From positions 84,072,001-84,136,000 of the forward strand of contig OZ024747.1 in the NCBI GenBank assembly GCA_964016885.1: a DNA stretch of 64,000 bases, in the 5' to 3' direction. The stretch's first letter is position 1. The number at the start of each line of letters is the position of its first letter. Shown here piece after piece: positions 1 to 16,773 of this stretch. The position numbers and the translations under genes were made by a program. Origin of the DNA: Eledone cirrhosa. Lineage: Eukaryota. The notes under the pieces are model-generated. The model was not told the DNA's origin. It was given only the letters and a program-made list of their open reading frames with translations, and did no database searches.

Positions 1-94
1 TCACCTTGGTAGGATGGCCAGTTTAGTTGCCAACGACCCGACCATGGGACAAGTTTTACTGGGATACATGTTACCAGTATCACCAACTGGTGAC

Positions 95-97
<3 letters not shown>
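1..97 (-). mobile_element. 5' end fragment of bipartite non-autonomous RTE family (cut by window edge)
   Basis: Closely matches 27474-27568 (gccagtttag..caacgacccgaccatgggaca..ccaactggtgacctg); followed by (TA)n. Confidence 0.8.
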
Positions 98-135
<38 letters not shown>

Positions 136-137
<2 letters not shown>

Positions 138-235
138 AGGTGTCTCCAAAAATTGTATACTCACTTTGATTTCTTGTACAGGCAATATTTATTAAAATGC
201 TGTTGAAGTGTGTATACATTTTGGGGCATACCCTG
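136..235. mobile_element. ~100 bp Tc1/mariner-type MITE
   Basis: Imperfect TIRs caaggtgtctccaaaaattgtatactcactt / aagtgtgtatacattttggggcataccctg within (TA)n; second copy at 15682-15756. Confidence 0.7.
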
Positions 236-236
236 A

Positions 237-1546
<1,310 letters not shown>

Positions 1547-1550
<4 letters not shown>

Positions 1551-2435
1551 GCACTAACCAAGAAACGACACACGCGACTCGCGACTCGCAGCAATGACCG
1601 TTTACATTTCTGTGTAGACACAATTTGGCATTACATTCGTTATACTTCAACAGTTAAATTAAATATTCCTATGTTCGTGCCCAGGCGTAGCTTTGAATAA
1701 CATCATCACCTGTTCTTTCACCATCATTTATACTTCATCAAACATATCGCAACTACCTTGTTTAGCTTCGGGAGATTTACTACTAGTAACGATGTCACGC
1801 AAAAGAAAGCTGCTTCCTTCTACCAACGCCCCAAACATGAATCAGAGAAAGTCACTTAGTTTGGAAGTTGAAATAAATAAAATTAACCAGCAGGAAGCAG
1901 AGTAATTAACAAATAAATACACCTAGAGTCTATCCATAAAATGGAGAAATTAGTGATACTCCGAATGGAAGATCAGCTGCAGAAACACGTACCTATAAAC
2001 CTGGTAGCAATTCAAGCTAAGGCTTAAAGTATTTTTGAAACTTTGAAGGAACGAATGGGAGAGGAATATATGGAAAACTTCCAGACTAGTAATGAGTAGG
2101 TTAATCGCTTAAAAATAAAAGAAGAAATGTGCAGGGCATCATAGTAATAGGAGAAGTTGTGAGTGTCGATGTTATAAAAGATGGGAAGTTTATTGAAAAT
2201 TTGGAGATGTTTCACAAAAAAGATTTTCAACATGTTCCAGTCTGGCTTATATTGAAAGAAGACGCCTAAACGAACTTATATTATTTATTTAGTCATGTAG
2301 TACAGTTTATATGAGTAATGCTTATAAAATGCACCCCCCAAGTCTTGCGCATAAGTCTTCAAGTTACGTCCATATCGATCGACTTACGACCAGTTGGATA
2401 GAAGAAGCCTTTCGTAAGTAATGGAGTGCCAATAT
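1547..2435 (+). mobile_element. decayed pogo/Tigger DNA transposon
   Basis: Broken transposase: MSRKRK..RKSLSLEVE (CENP-B-type HTH), MEKLVILRMEDQ..AIQAKA, KIFN..SGLY*KKTPKRTY; ends taggcact / agtgccaata. Confidence 0.7.
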
Positions 2436-2579
2436 ACATACATATATATGTGTGTGTGTATGTGTGCGTGTAGGTACGTATATGTGCGCGTTTGTGTGTG
2501 TCTGTCTGTGTGTGTGTGTCTGTGCGTCGGTGTGTGTGCATGTATTTGTACATCACTTGACTGAAAAATGTAAATAATG

Positions 2580-2806
2580 GTTTCTTATATAGGCACAAGG
2601 CTATCAATTTGGGGAGAGGGGAAAGTCGAGTAAATCGACCCCAGTGGGTGACTGGTACTTTATTTTATCGACCACGTAAGAATAAACGGCAAAGTTAACC
2701 TCGGCGGGATTTGAACTCAGATCATAGAGACGTAGCTCTATACTACAAAGCATGGCGTCCGACCTTCTGCCGATGCTGCCAATCCACCGCCCTGTAAATC
2801 CACCGC
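2580..2806 (-). mobile_element. tRNA-derived SINE family A (long form) with 14 bp TSD
   Basis: A box tggcagcatcgg, B box gagttcaaatcc; TSD aaatgtaaataatg at 2566-2579 and 2807-2820. Confidence 0.9.
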
Positions 2807-2875
2807 AAATGTAAATAATGAGATGTCTAACTACTATTTCTAGCATTTAGATCATGAATTATTGTAGTATTAGGA

Positions 2876-3235
2876 CAGTGGATTGGCAGACTCGTTAAAG
2901 GATCGGCTAGTACACTATGCGATATTTGTTCTGGCTCTTTACATTCTGAGTTCAAATCCCACCAAAGTCAGCTTTATTTTTTATCCTTCCAAAGTGGATA
3001 AAATCAAATCCCAGTCTACATTGCCCCTTCCCCAAATTTACTGGCTTTGTGCCTGTGAATTGGCAGTATCGGTAGAGGGTTGGACGCCATGCCTTCTAAC
3101 ATAGTTATGTCCCTTTACGGTCTGAGTTCAAATCCCGTCGAGGTTAACTTTGCCTTTCATTATTACGGGGTCGATAAAATAAAGTACCAATAATGTACTG
3201 GGTAATTGCTGGCCTTGTGCCAAAAGTAGAAACAA
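2876..3235 (+). mobile_element. two head-to-tail SINE A copies (older 2876-3055, younger short form 3058-3235)
   Basis: B box gagttcaaatccc in both; core gcctttcat..ggggtcgataaaataaagtacc; tail ggccttgtgccaaaagtagaaacaattatt. Confidence 0.85.
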
Positions 3236-3972
3236 TTATTTTACTTATATAAACTTAAATCCTGTGTCAAAATATTAAATACGTCCATTTTATAAACTTG
3301 AATAAGTTCTGGAAATATTCATCACAACATGGCAAGGAGATTTCACTAGTAAACATACTGAAAAAATCTAGATTATTTCTGATCCTGTATTCAAGAGTTT
3401 TTTTTTAGCAATAAAATATTAGGTCCGTAAGTATTAAAAGCAAAATTTAGTATTTGGGAGATCAGAATGTCACTTCAAGTAGAACTTCTCCGAATTGAGA
3501 GATCACAGCTCCGATACTATGGACACTGCTGGAATTTCAAATTTGGCGGTCATTCGAGGCGAGAGAGAGATACTTTACGGACATGATTTTTGACAGCGGT
3601 AAGAAATTTGTTTTCTTGTATCAATGTTTAATGGGCTTCCACTGATGATTTATAAGTGCCCACCTAAATATATTCTTACATGAATATATATTAGGCTTCT
3701 ACATAAACTGGAAACATTCTCCCAAACTTGTAGAAAACTTATAATGAAACAATTGTTTGGAAAGAGAGATATACTTTAACTTTAATTATATCTCATAAAA
3801 TAATACAACTGGTTTTTCCACATTATACATATTGTTAGCACCCCAAACACTTAAATTGGGTTTATATTTTAATATAACCTAATGTTTGTTGAGTGAGATG
3901 GTTACCAGTCAGAGTTTAGCTTTAAACTATCTCTGTTATTGTATTAAATATTTATATATATATATATATATA

Positions 3973-4298
3973 CTTCGATTTTGAATTTGTTTTGCAAGAT
4001 TTCTTATCTGAAAATGTGTGTTGAAACAGATATTGTTATATTTTCATATTTGGGAGGGTCATACTGCCAATAAAAATACACGCATCTGTTGATTTTCACT
4101 TCAATTTATTATAAATTCCCGGTTGGTTGGTTCGATAAACGGATGGTTGTTTATATATTGTCCACGCTCTTTCGTCACACATTTTGTGACCTCCTCAGTG
4201 TCTCTCCTATGTTCTTCCCTACACCATCTTGTTTTTATGTGAAGTGAAAACCAACAGGTGGGTGTGTTTTTTTGGCAGCATGACCCTCCCAAAGTATA
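3973..4298 (-). mobile_element. Penelope-like terminal repeat fragment with partial inverted duplication and degenerate hammerhead core
   Basis: Homologous to 54079-54537; inverted arms ~4046-4103 / 4240-4297; minus-strand CTGAGGA-g-gtcaca..tgtgac-GAAA at 4170-4198. Confidence 0.6.
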
Positions 4299-4429
4299 TC
4301 AACAGTTTTCCAAGAGCATCAACAGTTTTCCAAGAGATGGCAATATGAATGGACCTGTTATTTTTCTCTAAAAACATTTTTCTGATTCCGCCCCGCCCGT
4401 CCCTTCAATCTTTCTAATTTCTCATTCTT

Positions 4430-4465
4430 TCTTCTGATGAAGGACTAGTGTCCGAAACGTTAAGA
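4430..4465 (+). ncRNA. minimal type I hammerhead ribozyme motif
   Basis: tctt CTGATGA a ggac tagt gtcc GAAA cg TT aaga: core boxes, stem II ggac/gtcc, palindromic stem III, stem I tctt/aaga. Confidence 0.65.
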
Positions 4466-4560
4466 CCCTCTTCCTGCTATTTCAAGCGTTAACATAATAT
4501 ATTCCTTCCATATACTGTACCGATTGTGTTGTTATTTCTGTTTACCTTTTACACACACAC

Positions 4561-4604
<44 letters not shown>

Positions 4605-5069
4605 CAAGGAGACAACAAACAGAGGTAGAAAAGTCTTTCTTCCACTACCTATCTTTCTGTGTGTTTGTTGTTATTAACTATTTGGTCTAAGTTCCTTGAC
4701 GATCGAAACGTTCGTTCCACACCGAAGCCTCTGCCAACAGTAACAAGGAAATCAAAACAACAATAATAAAATCTGCCATTTAAGTTAAATATGCTTTTTT
4801 AAAACACAAAGTGTTGTTTATAACTGCATTCTTTGATGTCGAGAGCCATTTCTAAATTCAGCAAATATTCAGCAGAGAGCGGAAATGTTTTAAGTATTTC
4901 GGCGCATGACAAACGGGAATATCATTATTTATCAGGAAGTTAATGAACTCTGGAATGCCGCGCTAAATGTTGATATGAGATATTTGAATACGAGACACAT
5001 TGAAAATCAGATAACAAATTCAAAGACAGGAAAAGAGAGAGAGAAAGAAAGAAACAAACAAACAAAGAA

Positions 5070-5072
<3 letters not shown>

Positions 5073-5164
<92 letters not shown>
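5073..5164. repeat. (GATA)n microsatellite
   Basis: Direct; abuts a Tx1 3' end. Confidence 0.95.
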
Positions 5165-5165
<1 letters not shown>

Positions 5166-5551
5166 TTCTTTATTTGCCACAAGAGCGCAAAAGATGGGGA
5201 CAAATACAATTGGGGAGTTTACATACAAGGCGTGTAAAAATGTATAACAAAAATAATGAATAAAACAAACGAAATCCCCAATAGGGGGGAGGCGTTACAA
5301 ATGGGTTGCACACACCCCGAAAAAAATGTACAACCCTCTTCTCCAGGAGCACGAAGAGCGAGCACTCCTCTCCTCTCTTCCTCTACTTCCTCGACCTACA
5401 GGCTTATATAGAGAGAAGGCCCAACCACTCGAGCATCCTTGCCACATTCACCCACCTTTCGTAAAATTTGCTGGGGTGCAGCACCTCTCTCTCCACTCTG
5501 ATTCTTCTTCTAAAATGATATTTGAAGAAGCGAACCAGTTGTTCGCCGGAG

Positions 5552-5552
<1 letters not shown>
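5165..5552 (-). mobile_element. Tx1-clade LINE 3' fragment ending in (TATC)n
   Basis: Homologous to 17970-18390; ends cttgtggcaaataaagaaa then (TCTA)n. Confidence 0.85.
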
Positions 5553-5577
<25 letters not shown>

Positions 5578-5584
<7 letters not shown>

Positions 5585-5594
5585 AAGAGAGAGA

Positions 5595-5673
<79 letters not shown>
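5578..5673. repeat. (GA)n microsatellite
   Basis: Direct. Confidence 0.95.
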
Positions 5674-5677
<4 letters not shown>

Positions 5678-5794
5678 GAAAAATGCGGTTGGATGGACTA
5701 GAAAAAAAGACAGGAAGGAAAGGCAGGGTAAGAATAATATTGTTTGTTGTACCTCCGTCAGTTACGACTATAAGTGTTCCAGTTATTTGATCAA

Positions 5795-6473
5795 TGGAAC
5801 ACTATGGATAACTTCCAGAAATCCCTCGCTTGGCAGAGCTACCGGGGTACACTGCCGGTTCGAGATAAACTCTACAAGCATGAAAGTGCTGTCAGACGGT
5901 CCTGCCGGAGATGCGCACTGAACAACGCGTCCGTGCATTACTGACTTGTGGTGGGGTTATGTCGAAAAGCTGGCTATCGACTGAGGGTGGCGGTAGCGAA
6001 AGAGGTTGTGTGATGGACGAGGTTGAAAGGACTGAAGACAGACACTTTTCTCTTCGGCCAATCCCCCATCAACTTTTTCAAGTTTCATTTGGAAAGGAAG
6101 GTGAGGGTGTAGAGAGAAGTGCTGCCCCCAACACATTTGCTAAAAGGTGGGTAAATGTGGTGAGAATGGCCCGTGTGAATGGGCCTACTCTGAGCATTCG
6201 TCTGGAAGCTGGTTAATTTGAGAAGGAGCAGGGTGCCCTTCCCGGGTGCCCTCGAAGCGTCAGGTGCTTCAGGATTGGCGGGGTACCTAAGTCGTTCCCG
6301 GGTGGTTCGCTCCGCTTGGGAGAATTTATTTTGTTATATATATATATATATATTTTTTTTTTTGGTAATTGTTTTTGTTAATTTGTTTTTTACTCGATTT
6401 TATTGTAAACCCCACTATCCCTGTCTTTGTATTGCCCCCTATATGTCAGCCCTTGTGGCCAATAAATGAAACA
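5795..6473 (+). mobile_element. Tx1-clade LINE 3' fragment ending in ATTATT
   Basis: MDNFQKSLAWQSYRGTLPVRDKLYKH and RWVNVVRMARVNGPTL match the ORF2 C-terminus at 18234-18815; ends gcccttgtggccaataaatgaaacaattatt. Confidence 0.85.
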
Positions 6474-6523
6474 ATTATTATCATTATTAATGTACTTCTC
6501 AAGATATTATCATTGTTATTATT

Positions 6524-6691
6524 AGGTTTCCCTCCTATTGGGGAATTTTTTTTGTTTGAATTTTTTATTTGTTTTTACACATTTCTATTTTCTTGTTATA
6601 ACCTTTTTACACGGCCAAACCCGTCCTGTACCGTTCTGTGCCGTCTGTAATGTTTTTCTTCATGTTAGCCCTTGTGGCCAATAAAGAAACC
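6524..6691 (+). mobile_element. Tx1 3' UTR fragment in (ATT)n context
   Basis: cctcctattgggga..gcccttgtggccaataaagaaac, flanked by ttattatt on both sides. Confidence 0.75.
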
Positions 6692-6743
6692 ATTATTATT
6701 AATATTATTATTATTATTAACTCAACGAAATTGCGTAATAATG

Positions 6744-6957
6744 GTTTCTTATATAGGCACAAGGCCAGCAATTTTGCGGGAGGGGAAAGTCGATTAAATC
6801 GACCCCAGTGCGTGACTGGTACTTTATTTTATCAACCCCGTAAAGATGATAGGCAAAGTTAACCTCGGCCGGATTTGAACTCAGATCACAAAGGGCCGTA
6901 ACTCTATGCCACAAAGTATGGCGTCCAACCCTCTACCGATACTGCCAATCCACCGCC
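6744..6957 (-). mobile_element. SINE A (long form) with 16 bp TSD
   Basis: TSD aaattgcgtaataatg at 6728-6743 and 6958-6973; A and B boxes present. Confidence 0.9.
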
Positions 6958-7233
6958 AAATTGCGTAATAATGTACACAGTGTTGACTCAAGCTTTCAGG
7001 GAGATTTACGTACACATCTAGGAGACCAAGAATCCAAACGAGATACAAGGTACGTATAATATTACAATATTGTTTGTGGGCGCCGTAGGAGAGAGTGAAG
7101 CCTCCTACCAAGTGAGTACTATGTGCTGGATATGATACCCTATTAACCAGTTACATAACCTACATAATTCTATTGCAGAAAATACATGGACTTCTCTAAA
7201 GCTTATTTCAATAATATGCACACATACATACAT

Positions 7234-7520
7234 GTAAAGTCTAAAGTCTGTCTTAAGCCAGAAGGCTCATTTGGCCGGTGCTTATCCTGGTTTCATGGCA
7301 TGAAGCGACTGAGAGTACAAGACTCCCTCCTGGACAGGACGCCAGTCCATCGCAGGGTTAAACCTCCAGCTATTGCTGGTACTCATTTTCAGCTGAGTAT
7401 ACTGGAGCAACGTGAAATGAAGTGTTTTGCTCAAGAACACAACACGCAACCCAGGAATCGAGCCCACGACATTATGATCGTAAGTCCAGCACCCTTACCA
7501 CTAGGCCACTTGCCTCCACC
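7234..7520 (-). mobile_element. tRNA-derived SINE family B (CORE-like body)
   Basis: Head gtggcctagtggtaagg, body tgtgttcttgagcaaaacacttcatttcacgttgctccag, tail gactttagactttac. Confidence 0.8.
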
Positions 7521-7678
7521 ATACATACATACATACATGCATACATACATACATACATACGTACGTACATATGTACATACGTACACACATACATACACAC
7601 ACACACACATACACACACACACATAACATACATACATATATACATACATACATGCATACGTACATACATACATACATA

Positions 7679-7962
7679 TGTGGCCTAGTGGTAAGGGTGT
7701 TGGACTTACGATCTTAATGTCGTGGGTTCGAGGGTTTCATCCCTGGATGATGTTTTGTTTTTAAGCAAAACACTTCATTTCACGTTGCTCCAGTATATTC
7801 AGCAGAAACTGAGTACCAGCAATAGCTGGGGGTTTAGCCCTGTGATGGACTGCTGTCCTATCCAGGAGGGGGGGGGTCTTGTGCTCTCAGTGGCTTCACA
7901 CCATGAAACCGAGACAAGCACCGGCCAAATGAGCCTTCTGGCTTAAGACAGATTTTAGACAG
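7679..7962 (+). mobile_element. SINE B, inverted relative to 7234-7520
   Basis: Same head, body and tail on the opposite strand, separated by (ACAT)n/(CA)n. Confidence 0.8.
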
Positions 7963-8511
7963 ACGTACACACACACATACATACATACATACATACAGTA
8001 AGTCAATGAATGTATATATATATACAGTGCATAGTCACTTAAACGCTCACACCTATAGCACACGTAATACAGATAACACTGTGCTTACACTGTGCCAAAC
8101 AAGCCAACAAGCAAACAAGCAGTCATATGTACAGACATCTTAGCTACATGATACATATATCTACGACGAATACACTATCCTGGTAGCAGCTGTTTAAGTT
8201 GCGGCAACATAACCACTACTCAGTATATTAACTTGGTTAAAAGTCATCAGATTGGGACGAAGCAACGAACACATCTTGCTAGCCTCGTTCTCATACAACG
8301 TCTGTCTCTACTTAAAGAATACACTTTGCTTGTCTTGGAACGGTTACAAGAAAAATACGATCGTATCACTAAATATATCATGAAGATAGAGATACCCTGC
8401 GGTAAATACTAGCATGGATTGTATAGAAGAGATAGCAATATGTGTGTGTGTTGTGTTGACACACACATACACACATATATATATGTGTATATATGTAAAT
8501 TTATATATATA

Positions 8512-8551
<40 letters not shown>

Positions 8552-8563
8552 ATATATATATAT

Positions 8564-8627
<64 letters not shown>

Positions 8628-8832
8628 TTGTGTGTGTATAGATATAGATATAGATGTGTGTGTGTACGTACATGTGTGTGCTAGAAATGGCAAAGGTTGA
8701 AATACGTAGGGACAGATGTACCTACGGTCGTGTTTGTGTGTGTGCGTGTGTGTGTGTCTGTGTCTGTGTGTGTGTGTGTACGATCTTTGTGCGTGTCAGT
8801 ATTACCTAGGTCACACTTTGCAATATCTAATA

Positions 8833-9914
8833 CAGGGTGGCTAAAAAAAAAGATCTAGCCCCATTTTAATTTTTGTCTACATTATCCATGTTTTGACAAA
8901 TATTAATGAAACTCCAGATATATTTAACTCAAGCCATTAAAAACAACATATCAAAAGTTCCCTATCTTCTCATGTTTCTGTCTAGAGTTACAGCCCATGT
9001 TCCCTTTTGAATTCATGCATTTTTTAGGCGCATGGGAAGTTTAGCATAACGTCTTTACAAACAGACATAGGGAAGACTATAATCCCCCCTGGTGTTTTCT
9101 TTAGTTCAGTGATGGTCTTAGGTTTGTAGACATATATCCTATCTTTCATATAGCACCAAAGAAATCTGGGGGCATACATCAGGGCTATGGGACCCACTCA
9201 AAATCAGACTTCAAACTAATCACACGATTTCTAAAGTTATTTTCCAGCCATTCTCGTGAGTCGTTGGAGATGTGAGGGCTTGGTCCGTCTTTCTGGAACC
9301 AGAACTTATTCATTAGAGATGGATCCATCGTTTGTAACTCTTTTTTCTATAGTCTTCCAGGACCTCCACAGCGTTCCTTTGTGACTGGAGCAGTGATGAC
9401 ATCATTCTTTTTCGAAATGTCAGCTTGGCTAAATGTTGACGGAACATTTAGCCAAGTGGAGAGATTTCACAGCTACACCAGTATAGGTTTCGCTGACTTC
9501 TAGAACACATTGTTTTTAGAATTGATCTTTCCCTCCAAATGAAAAGGAACTTCATCAGAGGTCCACATCAGATTCAAAAGGTTTGGGCTGTTTTCCATCT
9601 TCTCCAGCATTTTCTCAGTCATAGCCTTTCTCTTGGTCTTATCGGCTAAAGTCCAGTGTGTATTCTGTAGGGGTACTTCTTAACATCGTCATAATTTCTT
9701 CACCCAGTTTTGTATATTGGCTTTAAAGGGAGATGTGTCCTTTCAAAAAAATGCTTGAAATTGCTCCTGGACCTGATTGTACGCGCCACACTTATAGTAG
9801 TGTTTCACACAGAAAATTCGGCGCTGTATCTGCCATGTCCTGAAATTTAAGATTAATTGGTTACCAAATAAATAGAGTGACGTGTGAGGGGCTAGCTTTT
9901 TTTTTAATCAGACT
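8833..9914 (-). mobile_element. decayed Tc1/mariner (DD37D/maT-like) transposon
   Basis: TA-cagggtggct..ctagcccc terminus and degenerate ggggctagctttt counterpart; minus-strand remnants IFCVKHYY, WTSDEVPFHLEGKINSKN, FQKDGPSPH, PPDFF. Confidence 0.75.
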
Positions 9915-10962
9915 CTTTTTTAAATTTCTCGCTTTATTTATGATACACATAGTACATTTATACACACACACTCCTCCTCCAGCCGAGACACACGTTAACT
10001 CACACACAAAATCCTTCATTTGTTAAACTTTTCATGGCTGTGAGCCTCAGTCCCTGATGCGCAACTTCGCCCTCAGACAAAATGTGCAAATGTTTAGTAG
10101 AAGTCAACACTAACTCTGCATACATTCCTCTCTTCTCGTTTCTGGTATTACTAAGGGCGTCGTTTCTCTTCCAAATTTTTTATCTTCCTCAAGTTGTGAG
10201 ACCGTAAACGAAGTATACCAACATTACCCACTTTTGTAGAATAGCTTTTCAAAGTGACCCTCAGCTGCTCTTTTTAAGATTTTAATGTCATGGGTTCGAT
10301 TATTGAACCGAGTGGCGCATTGTGTTCGTGGTTAGAACACTTCATATATATATATAGTTATGTAATAAACAACATAAGATAATTATTTCATTTACCAGTG
10401 GTTTCTTGAAAGCAAACGAAATTTTCTTTCATTCATCAGAATGAAAGAAAATCCTGGTGTCTTTATTGACCGGATTTTAAAAACAAAAATATAATCTATA
10501 TGAAAGTGAGGCTGGAAAAGGAAGAAGGAGGGGAAAAGAAGAGAGAAAAAAAAGATATATATATATATATGTGTGCGTGTGCGTGCGTGGCTACATATGC
10601 GTATGTGCTTCTTTTCCCTTGTGCCCAAGTTGCATATTCAATCATCTCTATTATTTCTGTGTGTGTCTTTCATTTCATCTTCCCTTGCAAACTCTCATCT
10701 CTCAAACGAATCTCTCACTCACATTTCTCTTTGTAATAAGACATTCTTTTTGGGGAGGAACTCTATTTAAGTTAACTTCTCCATTTCTGTACTAAAATGT
10801 TTATTCTATTTAATCACCGCTCGTATTTACCACCGGATATCTATCTTCAAGATATATTTAGTGATATGGACGTATTTTTATTATATCACAATTATATACC
10901 TATATATGTGTGTGTGTTTGAACGTAAATATATATATATATTTACGTATATATATATATATA

Positions 10963-11086
10963 TAACGAAGGAGGTGTGGTATGGACCATAACGCACCAGA
11001 GTACTCAATACTTAGGGTAGTAGAGTGGGTAATAGGAAAGCGTTTGACCCCGACTGAAGAGCTTAAGCCATTTCGACGACTATTTC
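10963..11086 (-). mobile_element. short repeat family C (Penelope-like) with degenerate 3' half of a hammerhead
   Basis: Homologous to 28476-28612, 41877-41927 and 42057-42211; adjacent to (TA)n. Confidence 0.6.
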
Positions 11087-11087
11087 T

Positions 11088-11610
11088 GGACATTATTTAT
11101 CAGAAAATTAAAAAATACACAAATAAGAAAGTTAGAGCCCGAGAAAGAGGTATCCTAAAAAATATGACGCACCCTGTATATATATATAACTTTCTTACTT
11201 GTGTATTTTTTAATTTTCTGATAAATAATGTCAGACATTAAATGGCAAAACGCATGCACAAATTCTTAATACAATCAGAACGCCTAGGTTTGTAAAAAAT
11301 AGTTCAAAAATTAATCGATAAAAGCCCAGGAAAGTCAAACAGAGACATCGCAAAACCTTAATTTACCAGAATGCACCATCAGAAGAGTTGTCCACGAAGA
11401 CATCCAATACAAGTCGTATGCGATATGGAGAGGCCTAGTTTATGTCTGATGTGACAAAAGAACACCACTTGATCCGTGGAAAAAGGTCTACTGAATAAAA
11501 TAAAACATCAAGAAGTTGGAATGCTTTGGTTCTTTTCTGGTAAAAAAAAACTTTGATCAGGACCAAAAGGTCGAAGGAACAATAGATAGCTATGCAGAGA
11601 CCTAAATGAG
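11088..11610 (+). mobile_element. mariner/maT transposase remnant with an inverted copy of its terminus
   Basis: CTIRRVVHEDIQYKSY..LNKIKH..WFFS..FDQDQKV; 11088-11176 is an inverted terminus ending caccctg-TA and pairs with 11187-11233. Confidence 0.7.
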
Positions 11611-11646
11611 CTTCCAGCGGTCATGTACACACACACACACACACAC

Positions 11647-12342
11647 AGTTGATATGGCCCGCAGAATGTGTTCCTGGATTTTTAGAAATTTCCAGTCGAG
11701 AGATATCCATACTGTTATCCTTCTCTTCTCCACTTTTGCCCGACGCCACCTTGAATACTGTTGTCCACTGTGGTCACCCCACACGAAACAAAGTATCATG
11801 AAAGTTGAAGCACCCCAAAGGTCAATTACAAAAAAGATAGATGGCATGACAGGCCTTGACTATTGGAGTCGATTAGAAAAGCTCAAACTTTATTCTCTTC
11901 AACGTCGCCGTGAGCGCTACATTATCTGTATGATGTGGAAAATATTCCATCAGCTTAGCCCAAATGATGTTGGCATCACCTTTAATGTACACCCAAGGCT
12001 TGGGCCCCGTGCTATCCGCCCACGACAAAAATCCCACTCGCATCACATAACAACAATACGGCACAATTATTTCACCTCAATTGGCCCTGCACTCTTTAAC
12101 ATTACACCAAGACACATCAAAGCAGAGACAGACCCCATCAAGTTCAAGAAGTCTTTGGATAAATTCCTTCAAGAAATCCCGGATAAGCCTCCTACACCCG
12201 GATACGCCTCCGTAAACAATAACTCTCTGCTCGAGTGGACCATGGTGCCCAAACACTGATTTGTAAGACTTCGCCAGGTGGTGGTATTAAGTTAGACATG
12301 GCCTGGGCCAATAGTGGCCGAAACCTATCAAAGTTATCAAAG

Positions 12343-12344
<2 letters not shown>
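11647..12344 (+). mobile_element. CR1-clade LINE 3' fragment (ORF2 C-terminus and 3' UTR)
   Basis: ORF 11606-12259: RRHLEYCCPLWSPH..VEAPQRSITK..YWSRLEKLKLYSLQRRRERY; tail (atcaaagtt)x2. Confidence 0.85.
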
Positions 12345-12377
<33 letters not shown>

Positions 12378-12415
12378 AACGGCCTACCGCTTACGGACGC
12401 TTTAAGCATCCCACA

Positions 12416-12526
<111 letters not shown>

Positions 12527-12725
12527 GCAGAAGATAAGTTGCTTATATGTGGTTGTTACGTTGTAACATCTTGAGGATAAGCCGGGCCGAGTCATCCAAA
12601 AGCACTTCATGTTAGTAGTTTATCCCACCTAAGAGACCTAAGAGTTGGTGATTAGGAGAGACGGAGTATTCTGGTATCAAATAAGAGTAACTAAGACGCG
12701 GTTGTTTCACCATAATTGCTTTATT

Positions 12726-12776
12726 GCATGATATATATTTCTGTTACACGGTTATGTATGTGACTTCATCAGACGC
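12726..12776 (-). ncRNA. type I hammerhead motif in a Penelope-like fragment (~12523-12780)
   Basis: gcgt CTGATGA a gtcacat..gtgtaac a GAAA tatata TC atgc followed by aataaa. Confidence 0.55.
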
Positions 12777-13146
12777 TTATGCAATCATAGGTGTAATTAT
12801 GCAATCATTGGGATAAGTCACTGGTCATGTTTTACCATCCAGTTGTGATGCCATAAGACTGGGATAAGCTCAGGCTTCATCCAACCCGTGCATCCGTGGA
12901 AACAATGGACGTAAAAAGATACCTCTAACCAACGCAGCTCATAGACAACTTGTAAAAAGCTTTCAAAGTTATGTATACAAGAGAAAAGGATTGAAATACA
13001 GAACCATCAGAGATACATATATCCACTAAGCTAGATATGTGTAACAACCATTAAATGGTTTTCACTAGAGCAATTCATTCAAAACGAAGGGGTTTTGCTT
13101 GGTAAGGTAGATGCCAACATCTGTTGAGCACTAGAGAGCGATGTTT

Positions 13147-15350
<2,204 letters not shown>

Positions 15351-15619
15351 TGCGTGTGTATACGAAAGCTGCTGAATTCTATTTCTCTTTCTAACACACA
15401 TACAGATACACGTGTGCATGCACACACATATCAAGATACATCCATAATACGTATATATGCATACGTATATATGCATACGTATATATGCATACGTATATAT
15501 GCATACGTATATATGCATACGCACATGCATGCACATTCAAATATTTCTTTCCTGCACCATAAGGATAGCTGGTGCTTAAATCCTGTTTCATCAACATGGA
15601 TACAGTGCTTCAGTAGGCA

Positions 15620-15681
<62 letters not shown>

Positions 15682-15684
<3 letters not shown>

Positions 15685-15756
15685 TGTCCCGAAAATGTAT
15701 GCACACTTCAACAGCATTCTAATCAAAGTGTGTACACATCTTTTCGGGACACCCTA
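15682..15756. mobile_element. second copy of the mariner-type MITE
   Basis: ggtgtcccgaaaatgtatgcacactt / aagtgtgtacacatcttttcgggacacc inverted repeats. Confidence 0.7.
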
Positions 15757-15836
15757 AACATGTGTGAGAAATTTCGCTTACATGCAGATACATACTTAAA
15801 ACATACACACATACATAATAATTGTATTTGCATACA

Positions 15837-15904
<68 letters not shown>

Positions 15905-15910
<6 letters not shown>

Positions 15911-16773
15911 TATGTACACGTACATACATATATGTATACAGACACACAGTAGTATGTATGTATATATTTATATACATACATGCACACATATATATATGTA
16001 CGTATGGATTCACCGAACATTTATTATAATGCTCGGTGTGTTTGTAAACAAACATCCCGTATTAAGCCGTAGTGTCCAGCAACCATCGTTGCTCGTTTGT
16101 TCAACACTGACAAAGGAACGCTGTACTAGTTTCAAGCTTATTAGCTATCGTCAGCAACGTATACCTTCCTGCCAGATTGTTGAACGTATATACTTACCTT
16201 ATGCATATTAACGGCTGAGTAGCCCAATTTGCATATCGAGTGGGTTAATCGGCCGGGTGCACCGAAAACGATAAACGGAAAAAATGAAACGAAATTTCAT
16301 TTCCCACTCTTAGTACGGCTGTTACTTAAATATAAGTATGTACACGTACATACATATATGTATACAGACACACTCGATATGCAAATTGGGCTACTCAGCC
16401 GTTAATATGCATAAGGTAAGTATATACGTTCAACAATCTGGCAGGAAGGTATACGTTGCTGACGATAGCTAATAAGCTTGAAACTAGTACAGCGTTCCTT
16501 TGTCAGTGTTGAACAAACGAGCAACGATGGTTGCTGGACACTACGGCTTAATACGGGATGTTTGTTTACAAACACACCGAGCATTATAATAAATGTTCGG
16601 TGAATCCATACGTACATATATATATGTGTGCATGTATGTATATATATACATACATACTACTGTATGTCTGTTTACATATATGTATGTACGTGTACATACT
16701 TATATTTAAGTAACAGCCGTACTAAGAGTGGGAAATGAAATTTCGTTTCATTTTTTCCGTTTATCGTTTTCGG
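15905..16773. repeat. partial tandem (426 bp period) plus inverted duplication
   Basis: Identical peptide read from 15822-16211(+) and 16402-16617(-); tataagtatgtacacg at 15905 and 16331. Confidence 0.9.

Noticed and set aside
16190-16199. ATACTTACCT resembling the U1 snRNA 5' end
   Set aside because: No U1 body follows; it is the complement of a splice-donor motif
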